A stretch of 64,000 bases of DNA, taken from Octopus bimaculoides (taxonomy: Eukaryota). The stretch covers positions 28,550,991 to 28,614,990 of the forward strand of contig NC_068987.1 in the NCBI RefSeq assembly GCF_001194135.2, read 5' to 3'. A model generated the notes under the pieces. It made no database searches. It was not told where the DNA came from and worked only from the letters and a program-made list of their open reading frames with translations. Positions 63,886 through 64,000 of this stretch are shown in pieces (position 1 is the first letter of the stretch; each line of letters begins with the position of its first letter). The translations under genes and the position numbers were made by a program.

Positions 63886-64000
63886 ATGTGCATATATTTT
63901 TATCTATATCTATATTCCCATCTATCTCTCTATTTATCTATGTATGTGTGTATGTATGGGAGTTCGTGAGAATTAACATATATATATATATATATATATA

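Noticed and set aside
1-64000. CRISPR arrays, rRNA genes, operons or bacterial contamination
   Set aside because: No repeat-spacer arrays, rRNA-like sequence or gene-dense segments anywhere in the window.

Overview
This is AT-rich, repeat-dense animal genomic DNA from a gappy draft assembly, with 12 N-gaps, most opening inside (TA)n tracts. I recognise the SINE families and microsatellite load from memory as octopus/coleoid cephalopod (inference, no search run). No protein-coding gene could be identified, and almost all long ORFs in the supplied track are microsatellite or gap artefacts. The window is mostly transposable-element relics: at least four tRNA-derived SINE families, R4/Dong-type LINE fragments (RT and restriction-like endonuclease), a Penelope-like element (RT thumb plus GIY-YIG) with inverted and tandem terminal repeats, decayed L1/Tx1-like pieces, two mariner relics, a MITE and a 200-bp inverted-repeat pair. 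The most notable signals are three minimal type I hammerhead ribozyme motifs (16368, 46293, 47607), the last downstream of a tRNA-like Pol III head. Also notable are a perfect 30-bp-stem hairpin built inside an old SINE (54969-55035) and two CpG-rich unique blocks that look like promoters or first exons (about 2.7-3.4 kb and 50.4-50.9 kb). Several unassigned exon candidates are listed at low confidence.
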